From IMG/VR virus record IMGVR_UViG_3300045988_022519, positions 1 to 57,776 of that record: a stretch of 57,776 nucleotides of DNA; one strand, written 5' to 3'. Under the pieces are notes generated by a model, which saw nothing but the letters and a program-made list of their open reading frames with translations, did not search any database and was not told where the DNA came from. Position 1 is the stretch's first letter; every line of letters starts with the position of its first letter. Both the position numbers and the translations under genes were made by a program. Source of the DNA: a virus. Shown here one piece after another: positions 32,612 to 40,848 of the stretch.

Positions 32612-32890
32612 TTATTTTTGAATATTTTCTGGATTTGTTTTCATATCTTTAGATATTCGAATGTAAATACCTAAAGGATCATGAGCTATGATGCGATTCA
32701 TTGCTTGATTGTACTCATACTCTTGTTCTTCATCTGTCATCTCAATGGATGATGTGATGAATCGAGCAATGTAAGCACATGTATGATAGCCCATACGTTC
32801 ATCGTATGCATACCAACCATCATAGTCAATCCATGGATTGAAAGGATTGTCAATAGTAGTAAGCATGTATTCTTTATCTGCCATCATCAA
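32612..32890 (-). CDS. Hypothetical protein (92 aa)
   Basis: ORF TTIDNPFNPWIDYDGWYAYDERMGYHTCAYIARF...; no family named. Confidence 0.6.
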   Translation of the reverse strand: MMMADKEYMLTTIDNPFNPWIDYDGWYAYDERMGYHTCAYIARFITSSIEMTDEEQEYEYNQAMNRIIAHDPLGIYIRISKDMKTNPENIQK

Positions 32891-32911
32891 CTCCTTTCAT
32901 CTGTATGATTG

Positions 32912-35704
32912 TTAGTCTTTGTCATCAGAAGTTCCAGCCTTCTTAGGTTCAAGGTTCCTATAGAGAGTGGATGTAGAGATGCCAAGACGCTCTGCTACCT
33001 GTGATTGTGTATAGCCACGTTTGAGTAAGGTTTCAGCCATGCTAAGCATAGATGCTGACATACCAGTCTCAGTATGTGGCATAGCCAATTGCTTCAACTT
33101 GTCAGGATCTGAGTTAGCCAGTATTCTGCTAAGTGTATTAGCGCTGACTGCATGATTCTGTATGGCTTCCCATTCCTTATCAGTGATGTCAATCTGTTGC
33201 TTTTTGGCACCGGTTCTCTGACGGGCCTCTGTAAGACACTGTCCTTTAAGACGTTTCTTATCAGAGTTATCATATTCTGGATGCTCATCCAACTTGATTT
33301 TATATAGTTGGTTTGCAACAAACTGGGCTCGGCGTTCCAAAGGAGAGTTCTTTTCTGCAATGTTAAGTTTAGCATTGAGAGATTGAACTTCAGTCGCATA
33401 CTTCTGCTTGGCTGCTGGATCATACTTGAAAGAACCGGCAGACAGATATGATTTGCGGGTTTGATTTGCCAGGGCCTTCATTTTATTAGCATAGTCTGCA
33501 TAAATATTTTCCATCTGGGTACCAGTTGAAAGAGAATATGCATCCTTTGCATAAGCCATCTTAGTGGTCTTTGTAAGATAAGGAATCGTCTTTTCGGAAA
33601 TGATGTTCCCTTCTTTGTCATACTTTTTCTTCACATAAGAACGATTTGTATTCTTATAGCGAAGTTCACCAGTATTTGGATCGATGGGACCACCTTCAGA
33701 AGCTTTCCAAAGACGACGTTCGGGAACATCGATCTCAGACTTAGCTCTAGAAATAAGAGTCGAAGCACCACCTGGTTTTCCACCACCAGGTTTGGGCTGA
33801 TACTTTGCCTTAAGAGCATCAATTCCATTATCGATTTCAGACTGACGCCAATTAAGCTTATGCTTCTCGGCATCAATAACCACCATCGAATGACGAACTG
33901 CCCTTTCGATCTCAGACCATTCCGCACCTTTAAGGGTCATGTCTGTAATAAGGTTTGAGACCTTACCCATCTCAGTTCCCTTTTGCTTTTTGGTCATTAC
34001 TTTCATGCCTTCATAGGCAGGATATGCCTCTTTAGGATCAAAGTTTTTAAGACCAGCAAGCGGAGCTCGAGTCTTAATCTCATGTCTTGGGTTCGGAATA
34101 ACCAAAACATTATCACCATCGAAATCTGCACCAGAAAGAATTTCAGCAACATGCGAATTAATACCTACTGCATCACTTGGATGAGTTCCCATAACTCGCT
34201 TTGCTTCTGCATTTTTGTTGTTGACTTTCAATTCTGGAATTTCGAATTTACCTCCATGTGGGAAACGAATAAGAACTACATCTTCACCATCACGAAGATG
34301 AGGGGCGTAGATCTCATTGTCCTTCAAAGAGGTGATCGGTAAAATAACTTTAGTCGCCTGACGTGGCATAGCTGCTGCCTTTAGATCTACAGCCGCTGTG
34401 TCGCATTCATCTGCAAACTCTTTAAGCATCTTGGCTTTTACAATCGGATTTGTCAGACTCATAATATCATCATACTGACTCTTACGAACCTGGTAATCAA
34501 TATCCAATTGTTTCTTGGCAAGACTCTTGTCCTGTTTTGAAAGCATCTGAGATGGAAGCACAGACTTCCATTCCGACCAAACACCTTCTCCATTGACAAG
34601 ATTTATAGCGGACTGCTTCTGGTTTCCGTCCTTATCGATATAATGATAGTTCTTGAAGGTTGCACCGAATGGAATATCCCAATCGATATCACCTTGGCTA
34701 CCATCAGGATTCTTGACTTTCTTCAAAGGCTTCAAAACATCATCAATTTCATTTGTCTTTCCTGTTTTAGGATCGACTCGATGCTTGTTCGTGTTGAATA
34801 TGATGTCAACGCCTTTAGGGAAGTCCTTTTCTTGACCGTAGACAGCCATACCTTTCAAATATGACTTATCTCCAACATTAATTCGGACCTGTGCGTATAG
34901 CATATTTCCCATACGAAGATCAGCAGCCGAAGGACGAATCTCCATAACGCCATCTTTTTCGATTCCGCCTTCTTCATTGTAACGAATTTTCACTCGTTTA
35001 GGATCGACGGAAATCGGCCTTTGAAATTTCGAACCTTGTCCCTCAGGATGTTTTTCATCAAGAGGATTTGCGATTGATTTAAATAAGGATGGATTATCCC
35101 AAATATCCTTCACAGTCGTTCCTGGAGCCAATAGAACCTTAATATCAGTGGTATTATCTGGTCCACTCGCTCCAAGTTGCTTAACATAAAGATGACCAAC
35201 ATGATAACCTTCATTTTTAAGCATCTCAGCTGCTACTTTTAGCTTATCGGCTGAACTATTCAAATATAGCTCAGTCGACTTGCCAATATCGACACATCCT
35301 TTTTCACCAATGGTATCTTTGAGATTTGTGGCGATTGTCTGAGCGACGTCAGTGCGAACTTTCAAAGAAGGATCCAGCCAATTACGAACCGTGGATTCAT
35401 TGGTATTCATTCGCTGAGCGATGGCCACATTAGAATATCCCTTTTTCTTCAGGCGGTATGCCATTGAAATATTCGCTTGACGTTCCTCTGCGAGCGCAAT
35501 GGACTTTTGGGCCCTGTATTGGGTTGTAGTCATTCCGAGAGCTCGTGCAATTTCAGTCTGTGTAAGACCTTTACTCGCAAGTTCTCGAGAACGACCTAAA
35601 AATCCAGGCTCATGCTGATATGGATCTTCACCAGATCCCCATTTGTATCGACCGGAACGACGTTTGACACCTTCGTGCATCAAATATGATTCTTCAAGCA
35701 TCAT
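32912..35704 (-). CDS. Putative single-chain two-barrel (YonO / RdRP-like) RNA polymerase with N- and C-terminal HTH modules
   Basis: beta-like barrel segment YLKGMAVYGQEKDFPKGVDIIFNTN (34784-34849). beta-prime-like catalytic segment DVVLIRFPHGG...ILSGADFDGDNVLVIPNP (DFDGD at 34112-34126). HTH-like LTQTEIARALGMTTTQYR, YSNVAIAQRMNTNESTVRNW, YTQSQVAERLGISTSTLYRNL. Confidence 0.6.
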   Translation of the reverse strand: MMLEESYLMHEGVKRRSGRYKWGSGEDPYQHEPGFLGRSRELASKGLTQTEIARALGMTTTQYRAQKSIALAEERQANISMAYRLKKKGYSNVAIAQRMNTNESTVRNWLDPSLKVRTDVAQTIATNLKDTIGEKGCVDIGKSTELYLNSSADKLKVAAEMLKNEGYHVGHLYVKQLGASGPDNTTDIKVLLAPGTTVKDIWDNPSLFKSIANPLDEKHPEGQGSKFQRPISVDPKRVKIRYNEEGGIEKDGVMEIRPSAADLRMGNMLYAQVRINVGDKSYLKGMAVYGQEKDFPKGVDIIFNTNKHRVDPKTGKTNEIDDVLKPLKKVKNPDGSQGDIDWDIPFGATFKNYHYIDKDGNQKQSAINLVNGEGVWSEWKSVLPSQMLSKQDKSLAKKQLDIDYQVRKSQYDDIMSLTNPIVKAKMLKEFADECDTAAVDLKAAAMPRQATKVILPITSLKDNEIYAPHLRDGEDVVLIRFPHGGKFEIPELKVNNKNAEAKRVMGTHPSDAVGINSHVAEILSGADFDGDNVLVIPNPRHEIKTRAPLAGLKNFDPKEAYPAYEGMKVMTKKQKGTEMGKVSNLITDMTLKGAEWSEIERAVRHSMVVIDAEKHKLNWRQSEIDNGIDALKAKYQPKPGGGKPGGASTLISRAKSEIDVPERRLWKASEGGPIDPNTGELRYKNTNRSYVKKKYDKEGNIISEKTIPYLTKTTKMAYAKDAYSLSTGTQMENIYADYANKMKALANQTRKSYLSAGSFKYDPAAKQKYATEVQSLNAKLNIAEKNSPLERRAQFVANQLYKIKLDEHPEYDNSDKKRLKGQCLTEARQRTGAKKQQIDITDKEWEAIQNHAVSANTLSRILANSDPDKLKQLAMPHTETGMSASMLSMAETLLKRGYTQSQVAERLGISTSTLYRNLEPKKAGTSDDKD

Positions 35705-35718
35705 ACGCCCTTTCTAAA

Positions 35719-36285
35719 TCAAAGTTCCTGCATTCGTTCTTTTTCCTGATTGATGAGATCATCGAAGTGAATGATGCGACCCATAATATCATGAATCTCA
35801 TCCACATTTGGATGATCATCTACGAAAATATCATCGTTCTGATAGATGCGGAATTCACTTCTGATATCTTTCGGATCGATGTTGTATTCAAGACAGAACA
35901 ATGCACCGTAAATATAAAGCTGAGTCATCTTAGCTGGATGCGAACCAGTCTTAAGATCATGAATTCGAAGAAGTCGACCATCAAAGGATATAGCATCCGA
36001 TGTGCCGAAACAATTTGGAGAATAAAACAGAACAACTTCTGGACTCATATGGAATCGAATGGCATCATTCACATGCATATTCAAAGTCTTATGAGTATTC
36101 GGAAGTTTAATTTTCTTACGAATAAGCTGTTCCGCAATCGCATGGAGTTCGGTTCCTTCTTGGGCAGCCATGCTCGAGTGATAAACCTCTAAAAGATGAT
36201 CGTCATCGTAATTGGTCCAGGCATATTTGCTTGCTCCCAAAAATGCGTGCATACCTTCGAGGTTATGATGATCATTAAACTGCAT
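35719..36285 (-). CDS. PD-(D/E)XK family nuclease
   Basis: 188 aa; GTSDAISFDGRLLRIHDLKTG gives the D...(D/E)-x-K arrangement; sits in the recombination/nuclease neighbourhood. Confidence 0.5.
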   Translation of the reverse strand: MQFNDHHNLEGMHAFLGASKYAWTNYDDDHLLEVYHSSMAAQEGTELHAIAEQLIRKKIKLPNTHKTLNMHVNDAIRFHMSPEVVLFYSPNCFGTSDAISFDGRLLRIHDLKTGSHPAKMTQLYIYGALFCLEYNIDPKDIRSEFRIYQNDDIFVDDHPNVDEIHDIMGRIIHFDDLINQEKERMQEL

Positions 36286-36590
36286 TACGACTCCTTGAAA
36301 TATGCTATCGTCTGATCAATTACAGAATCCATGTTGGAAGGATCAATGAATGATGCAAAACCATCCTGATTCATCATCTTGACATAAAAATCCTGATTCG
36401 GTCGATGCCTTGCATTCGGATCATTCTTAACTTCAAGAGCAGCAAATCGACCATGATGTAAAACAAGCAGATCTGGAATACCTTGCAAATATGTTGGATC
36501 TGTCTTGATAACGATGCATCCAGGCATTCGTTGTTTCAGCTCTTTGATCACCTTTGGCTGAAATCTTCGTTCGAGTGTCATGAAACTCAC
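36285..36590 (-). CDS. VRR-NUC domain nuclease
   Basis: 101 aa; LQGIPDLLVLHHGRFAALEVKNDPNARHRPNQDFYVKMMNQDG fits G.PD...h.h.E.K......Q. Confidence 0.65.
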   Translation of the reverse strand: MSFMTLERRFQPKVIKELKQRMPGCIVIKTDPTYLQGIPDLLVLHHGRFAALEVKNDPNARHRPNQDFYVKMMNQDGFASFIDPSNMDSVIDQTIAYFKES

Positions 36591-36651
36591 CTTTCAAAGA
36601 ATATAGAAGCTAGGAAAATGCTCCGAAAAAGAGCATATTGTATGCCTATCT

Positions 36652-36679
36652 TCCATTATGTGCGATGTTATGAATCCGA
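36652..36679 (-). promoter_or_regulatory. Variant copy of the promoter-like motif
   Basis: Minus strand TCGGATTCATAACATCGCACATAATGGA directly after the stop of 36696-37022 and preceded by GTGCACAG; followed by hairpin AUGCUC-CGAAAAA-GAGCAU. Confidence 0.5.
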
Positions 36680-36695
36680 ATCGTGCACAGATGAA

Positions 36696-37022
36696 TCAGC
36701 AATATTCAAGGTGGTATCCAAAGAAGTTTGGCTTCCGTCCTTTGAGGACATCGTAGATCTCACTGGCACTGCATCCAAGCAAATATGACATTGTGGTCAC
36801 ATCGGTGTATGTCTTTCCGGTTTCGATGATACGAACCGGTTTGTGAGATTTGCTTCTCCAACTATCCTTCCAGCAAATATGGATACTATTGACAACTCCT
36901 CGATTACCAGGATGGTTGAGGGCTTTGAGGATCGCATCTTCGGTCGTCTCCAGATATAAAGCTGCAGACTTCGGAGATGACAATGTCTTCTGATCCTCGA
37001 TTACATAAACTTCCTTACCCAT
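36696..37022 (-). CDS. Stand-alone homing-endonuclease-type DNA-binding (NUMOD/IENR-like) protein
   Basis: 108 aa; C-terminus VRIIETGKTYTDVTTMSYLLGCSASEIYDVLKGRKPNFFGYHLEYC parallels the C-terminus of the HNH enzyme at 37174-37725. Confidence 0.45.
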   Translation of the reverse strand: MGKEVYVIEDQKTLSSPKSAALYLETTEDAILKALNHPGNRGVVNSIHICWKDSWRSKSHKPVRIIETGKTYTDVTTMSYLLGCSASEIYDVLKGRKPNFFGYHLEYC

Positions 37023-37129
37023 TTCAAATTCCTTTTCTAAACAAAAATAAAGGAGAGATGTTTTCGCTGCGCATCTGGAATGATCCTATGAGTTCAACTT
37101 GCTGAATATGCATGCGAACAAAAACATCT

Positions 37130-37157
37130 CTCATATAGTGCGATGATTTGAATCCGA
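37130..37157 (-). promoter_or_regulatory. Variant copy of the promoter-like motif
   Basis: Minus strand TCGGATTCAAATCATCGCACTATATGAG preceded by ATGCACAG; followed by a 12-bp-stem hairpin (gagagatgtttt / aaaacatctctc). Confidence 0.45.
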
Positions 37158-37173
37158 TTAATGCACAGATTAA

Positions 37174-37725
37174 TCAGACTCGTATGAAGTGGTATCCATG
37201 TATGTCATCTATTCCTTCTTTCGAAATATAAGCCAGATAGCCGATGCAACAATCGCCGAGACCTTTCTTCTCGAGCCATCGCATGGCATCTCGTGCTGAA
37301 TCGAATATAGTTCCTGTCTCAACGCATTTGATTGGGATTGGTTTATGCTTGGGCTCTTTATGGTGAAGTCCGTAATTGATGCTTGCTCGACCTTTAGGTT
37401 TGCTTGGCCAAATATCTGTGTTGTATGGTTCTATCTCATAAATAAGATCGGCTTGATCCATTGCAACAAGATTTGAAAGCTCATCATTTTCTGGATCCAT
37501 GTCATCATGCATTATGACATAATATGAGTCATTAAATTCAAATTCCGGATGGAACGCCCAATATACCAAACGAGCTACCTGTCGATTAGATCCTCCAATA
37601 CATACTTGCGAATATCCGTTTCGTTTAAACTTTCTTAAGATTCTTTCTGTTTTGGTTCTGCGAATATCACCTTCATCAGATGCCTCGTAATTCGGGAAAC
37701 CCGGAATCTGTCGCCATTCTACCAT
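37174..37725 (-). CDS. HNH homing endonuclease with NUMOD4-like N-terminus
   Basis: WRQIPGFPNYEASDEGDIRR (NUMOD4 pattern), VARLVYWAF..., degenerate H-N-N region IMHDDMDPENDELSNLV, C-terminal DNA-binding module CVETGTIFDSARDAMRWL. Confidence 0.7.
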   Translation of the reverse strand: MVEWRQIPGFPNYEASDEGDIRRTKTERILRKFKRNGYSQVCIGGSNRQVARLVYWAFHPEFEFNDSYYVIMHDDMDPENDELSNLVAMDQADLIYEIEPYNTDIWPSKPKGRASINYGLHHKEPKHKPIPIKCVETGTIFDSARDAMRWLEKKGLGDCCIGYLAYISKEGIDDIHGYHFIRV

Positions 37726-37744
37726 TGTTGTTCCTTTCAGAAAA

Positions 37745-37867
37745 TTTTTACTTCATACATTATAGCATTTTATACTGGTTTCTTATTTATGTGTATTTTT
37801 TCTTATATTATTATTATTTTATTCTATTCTATTCTAATAGTAAAAGCTATAATGTATGAAGTAAAAA
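37745..37867. repeat. Perfect 22-bp inverted repeat around a 79-nt AT-rich spacer
   Basis: tttttacttcatacattatagc (37745-37766) / gctataatgtatgaagtaaaaa (37846-37867). Spacer contains (attct)x3; each arm carries GCTATAATG reading outward. Confidence 0.9.
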
Positions 37868-37868
37868 G

Positions 37869-37983
37869 AAACCATCCTCGAAAAATAAGCCCAAAAGTCC
37901 CAAAAACGTTGGAATTTCAACGTTTTCAGCACTTTTGAGACCCATAAACCATCCTCGAAAAATAGACCCAAAAGTCCAAAAAA
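37869..37983. repeat. Two 38-nt direct repeats, 77-nt period (iteron-like)
   Basis: aaaccatcctcgaaaaataagcccaaaagtcccaaaaa (37869-37906) vs aaaccatcctcgaaaaatagacccaaaagtccaaaaaa (37946-37983). Confidence 0.85.
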
Positions 37984-37990
37984 TCAAAGT

Positions 37991-38090
37991 TGTGCACAGA
38001 TGAGCATTTTTCGAATACCCCCTAACTTGATGAAAAATTCGGATTTTTTCATCAATTTTTCGAGGTTCGAAAAATGCTCATCTGTGCACA
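37991..38090. repeat. Perfect 25-bp inverted repeat with a nested 11-bp inverted repeat
   Basis: tgtgcacagatgagcatttttcgaa (37991-38015) / ttcgaaaaatgctcatctgtgcaca (38066-38090); inner ttgatgaaaaa/tttttcatcaa (38027-38055). Confidence 0.9.
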
Positions 38091-38109
38091 CCCATTTTTC
38101 AAGGCCCTT

Positions 38110-38131
38110 CATTTGTGCACATGCACAAATG
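38110..38131. repeat. 10-bp-arm palindrome containing TGTGCACA
   Basis: catttgtgca-ca-tgcacaaatg; third TGTGCACA octamer within 140 nt. Confidence 0.8.
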
Positions 38132-38143
38132 AAATCGACCAAA

Positions 38144-38653
38144 TCACCATGCATTTAGTGTCATAAATGGCTCCAAATCTACTGAAAAATCGGTCGGAAT
38201 AGGCACATCAAACACCTTTCTACACTTGTGACAGTACACTTTATGTGTCAAATATACGTCATTCATGCTTGAAATTTCGGATCTAGACATGCCCCAAGGA
38301 AGTAATCTTGGCGAAATATCTAGTTGATTCCAATGAAAACAGTGGTTTTTACTTACAAAATCACGCACACAATCGATAGCAATACCTGAAATATACGGTA
38401 ATTCCTCGATTCCGCATACGAATTTCGTGCGTTTATGGCACCCAATACAGTATGCACGCATCTCAAAACCGTCATTTCCATACATTCCGACCAAATTTTC
38501 GAAGTCATTCGGGTCTTTTGGGTCAAAATCTTCAGGATAAATATCCGGAATCGTTATGGCACACACCGTATTGAAGGGGCATTTACACCCCAAAAGGGTT
38601 CTAGCCATACGATATGCGCCCGCGACTTCATCATAATCCATCTGAAACTTCAC
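38144..38653 (-). CDS. Cys-rich (zinc-finger-like) hypothetical protein (169 aa)
   Basis: CKCP...C, CIGCHKRTKFVC and CHKC clusters; ATGA overlap with the helicase gene. Confidence 0.6.
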   Translation of the reverse strand: MKFQMDYDEVAGAYRMARTLLGCKCPFNTVCAITIPDIYPEDFDPKDPNDFENLVGMYGNDGFEMRAYCIGCHKRTKFVCGIEELPYISGIAIDCVRDFVSKNHCFHWNQLDISPRLLPWGMSRSEISSMNDVYLTHKVYCHKCRKVFDVPIPTDFSVDLEPFMTLNAW

Positions 38654-39933
38654 TATGCGGCCTTTCCGAAGCTGTCTCCGACCGATTTCTTAAGGAATCT
38701 GATGGGTTGGAACTTCTTTTTGAGCTTAAGAGCCCTAAGTATGGCCACATCGATAGGTGCAAAGCTCCGGAGCAGGTAGTAATTCAGCTCCTTATACTTC
38801 GTATTCATTCTATCAATGCGTCCAGAAGCCTGTTCCATCACCTTATATGAGTAATTCAGACTGTAGAATATGATGGTATCCGTCGTGATGCAGTTCCAGC
38901 CTTCGCATCCAGCCGTGTATTGCACCAGATAGATCCATTCATCACTATCCGGAATATCCTCATGCTTATGTCCGTTCCACTCGGCCACCTTGATACCGGT
39001 GAGATCATGAAGCCTCCTTAGTTCCTCCAGTTCGGCATCAAGATTGTAGAATATGATCGTACGTTTTCGTTCTATACAGATCCTCACACACTCTTTGATG
39101 CGTGAACGATCCGTATTCACGATCTTACGCAATGCGATCATAAGCTCGGATATGTTCTGAATTGGCTCATTCGTATACGGATTCAGCCTGAATATGCTAC
39201 CATCCGGCTGTATAATACCCTTCAGAGTCGATTTATACAGATTTTTGTCGTAGTCACAGATGATCTGATATACTTTCCTATGGGTATCACGCTCGATCTC
39301 CATAGGAACCAGTATCATTTGCCTAAGACGTTTCAGATGGTTTTCCTCGATCCATTTATCGACCTTCGGAAACTTCGCATATCGAGAATATACCGCGTGT
39401 CGATTCATGAATTGTGTTTTGTTCTTATAGAACCCATTGGCCACGAAGACCGGAATATAATCACTCCAGGTATCACCAGGCGTTGCAGAGAGCAATATCC
39501 AATGATTATGTGCTGCGATCTTATAGAACGATTTGACCCATTCACCGCTTCCAACAAGACGTTGTTCATCGAATATGAAGAACGCGCCTCGCACATCGAC
39601 GAAATGACCTATGTTGTTCCACGACTGGATCGTGATATTGATACCGCCCATTTTCCGGTTCTCACCGGATTTCAGGTGGTATTTGAGCATATCGGATTCC
39701 CATTCGAGATTATCACGCTTCTTTGCTGTCGTGATGATATAGAGATCCGGAGATCCCTTCTCTGGAATATAGGATACTCCGTCCTTTCCTTCGACTGATT
39801 TGCTTCGACATTCACGTGACAGATAATATGCAAGAGACGTCAGCGATTTACCAGAACCAACACCTCCAGCCAATATCTTTCCAGAACGAAGGCGCATTAC
39901 CGCCTCGCGTTGTTCAGGCATTAACTTTACCAT
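38653..39933 (-). CDS. SF2 (DEAD/SNF2-like) helicase
   Basis: Walker A GGVGSGKS, motif II FIFDEQ, C-terminal QYTAGCEGWN...EQASGRIDR (motif VI). Confidence 0.8.
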   Translation of the reverse strand: MVKLMPEQREAVMRLRSGKILAGGVGSGKSLTSLAYYLSRECRSKSVEGKDGVSYIPEKGSPDLYIITTAKKRDNLEWESDMLKYHLKSGENRKMGGINITIQSWNNIGHFVDVRGAFFIFDEQRLVGSGEWVKSFYKIAAHNHWILLSATPGDTWSDYIPVFVANGFYKNKTQFMNRHAVYSRYAKFPKVDKWIEENHLKRLRQMILVPMEIERDTHRKVYQIICDYDKNLYKSTLKGIIQPDGSIFRLNPYTNEPIQNISELMIALRKIVNTDRSRIKECVRICIERKRTIIFYNLDAELEELRRLHDLTGIKVAEWNGHKHEDIPDSDEWIYLVQYTAGCEGWNCITTDTIIFYSLNYSYKVMEQASGRIDRMNTKYKELNYYLLRSFAPIDVAILRALKLKKKFQPIRFLKKSVGDSFGKAA

Positions 39934-39942
39934 TAGTAACTC

Positions 39943-40215
39943 CTAATATAGTCCGTCTAATCTTCGAAAATGACCGAATGGATCAGCATCCTCGGATGTG
40001 AATATCGTAGTACCAGGAACAGTATTTGAAGAAATATCATACGCTCCGGTTATCAGAAACTGAATGCTTCTGTTATCGTTCACTCTTTGGGTAACGGTAC
40101 ACTTGTCTTTGGATCCATAAATGAGAATATCACGACCGCTCGGAGTTGCAATACGAACCTCGACAGTATTCGGAGGAAGCGGAGGATCCAGCGGAAAACT
40201 GTAAATATCAGTCAT
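39943..40215 (-). CDS. Hypothetical protein (90 aa)
   Basis: Start moved to ATG 40215 with AAAGGAGAG RBS (MTDIYSFPLDPP...); the ORF track begins at 40302. Confidence 0.55.
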   Translation of the reverse strand: MTDIYSFPLDPPLPPNTVEVRIATPSGRDILIYGSKDKCTVTQRVNDNRSIQFLITGAYDISSNTVPGTTIFTSEDADPFGHFRRLDGLY

Positions 40216-40546
40216 TGTTCTCTCCTTTGAAGTCGATATATTGATCAAGATCTTTACGGGTATTCTTATAACGCTTATCCAGTTCCTTCTGCATGATCTC
40301 ACGGATCTCGATAGTGGAATCTATAGCCATCTTGAAGAAATCAGATTGACGAAGACAAATCGGTTTTTGGAATCCCTCGAACTTTGAATATAGCTTATCA
40401 AAATAGTCCGCCTCCCAGGCATTCACATGTTTGAAGAAGAAGTCCATAATATCATGGTAGGCATCGAGCTTTCCATAATCATAACCAATCTTGAACTCGT
40501 CTCGTTTGCTGTTGTCGTATACATCAGACATTTGATATTTTGTCAT
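40208..40546 (-). CDS. Hypothetical protein (112 aa)
   Basis: ORF, tightly packed. Confidence 0.55.
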   Translation of the reverse strand: MTKYQMSDVYDNSKRDEFKIGYDYGKLDAYHDIMDFFFKHVNAWEADYFDKLYSKFEGFQKPICLRQSDFFKMAIDSTIEIREIMQKELDKRYKNTRKDLDQYIDFKGENND

Positions 40547-40548
40547 AA

Positions 40549-40848
40549 TCAGATCTTTCCACTCTTTGAGAATTTATCATCGACAATTACCGATGTAAAT
40601 CCCGATGCACCACACGATTGACACTCACAATATAGATCAAGAGACCAATAGTCCGGATCCCTCCAGTCATGATGGATAAAATTCAGTCGTCCTTTATCGA
40701 TCGAACGATCCCAATCGACAAATATAATCGGATTATCTGTCGGACATTTGGCGTCATGATCCTGTTCAATCTTATTGCGAATATAGTTTTGATCAAGATC
40801 TTTGAGAGTTAGTTTTGTTGGATCAAACTGCATGATGGTTCCTTTCAC
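40549..40848 (-). CDS. Hypothetical Cys-containing protein (99 aa)
   Basis: ORF, 4-nt overlap with the upstream gene. Confidence 0.55.
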   Translation of the reverse strand: MKGTIMQFDPTKLTLKDLDQNYIRNKIEQDHDAKCPTDNPIIFVDWDRSIDKGRLNFIHHDWRDPDYWSLDLYCECQSCGASGFTSVIVDDKFSKSGKI

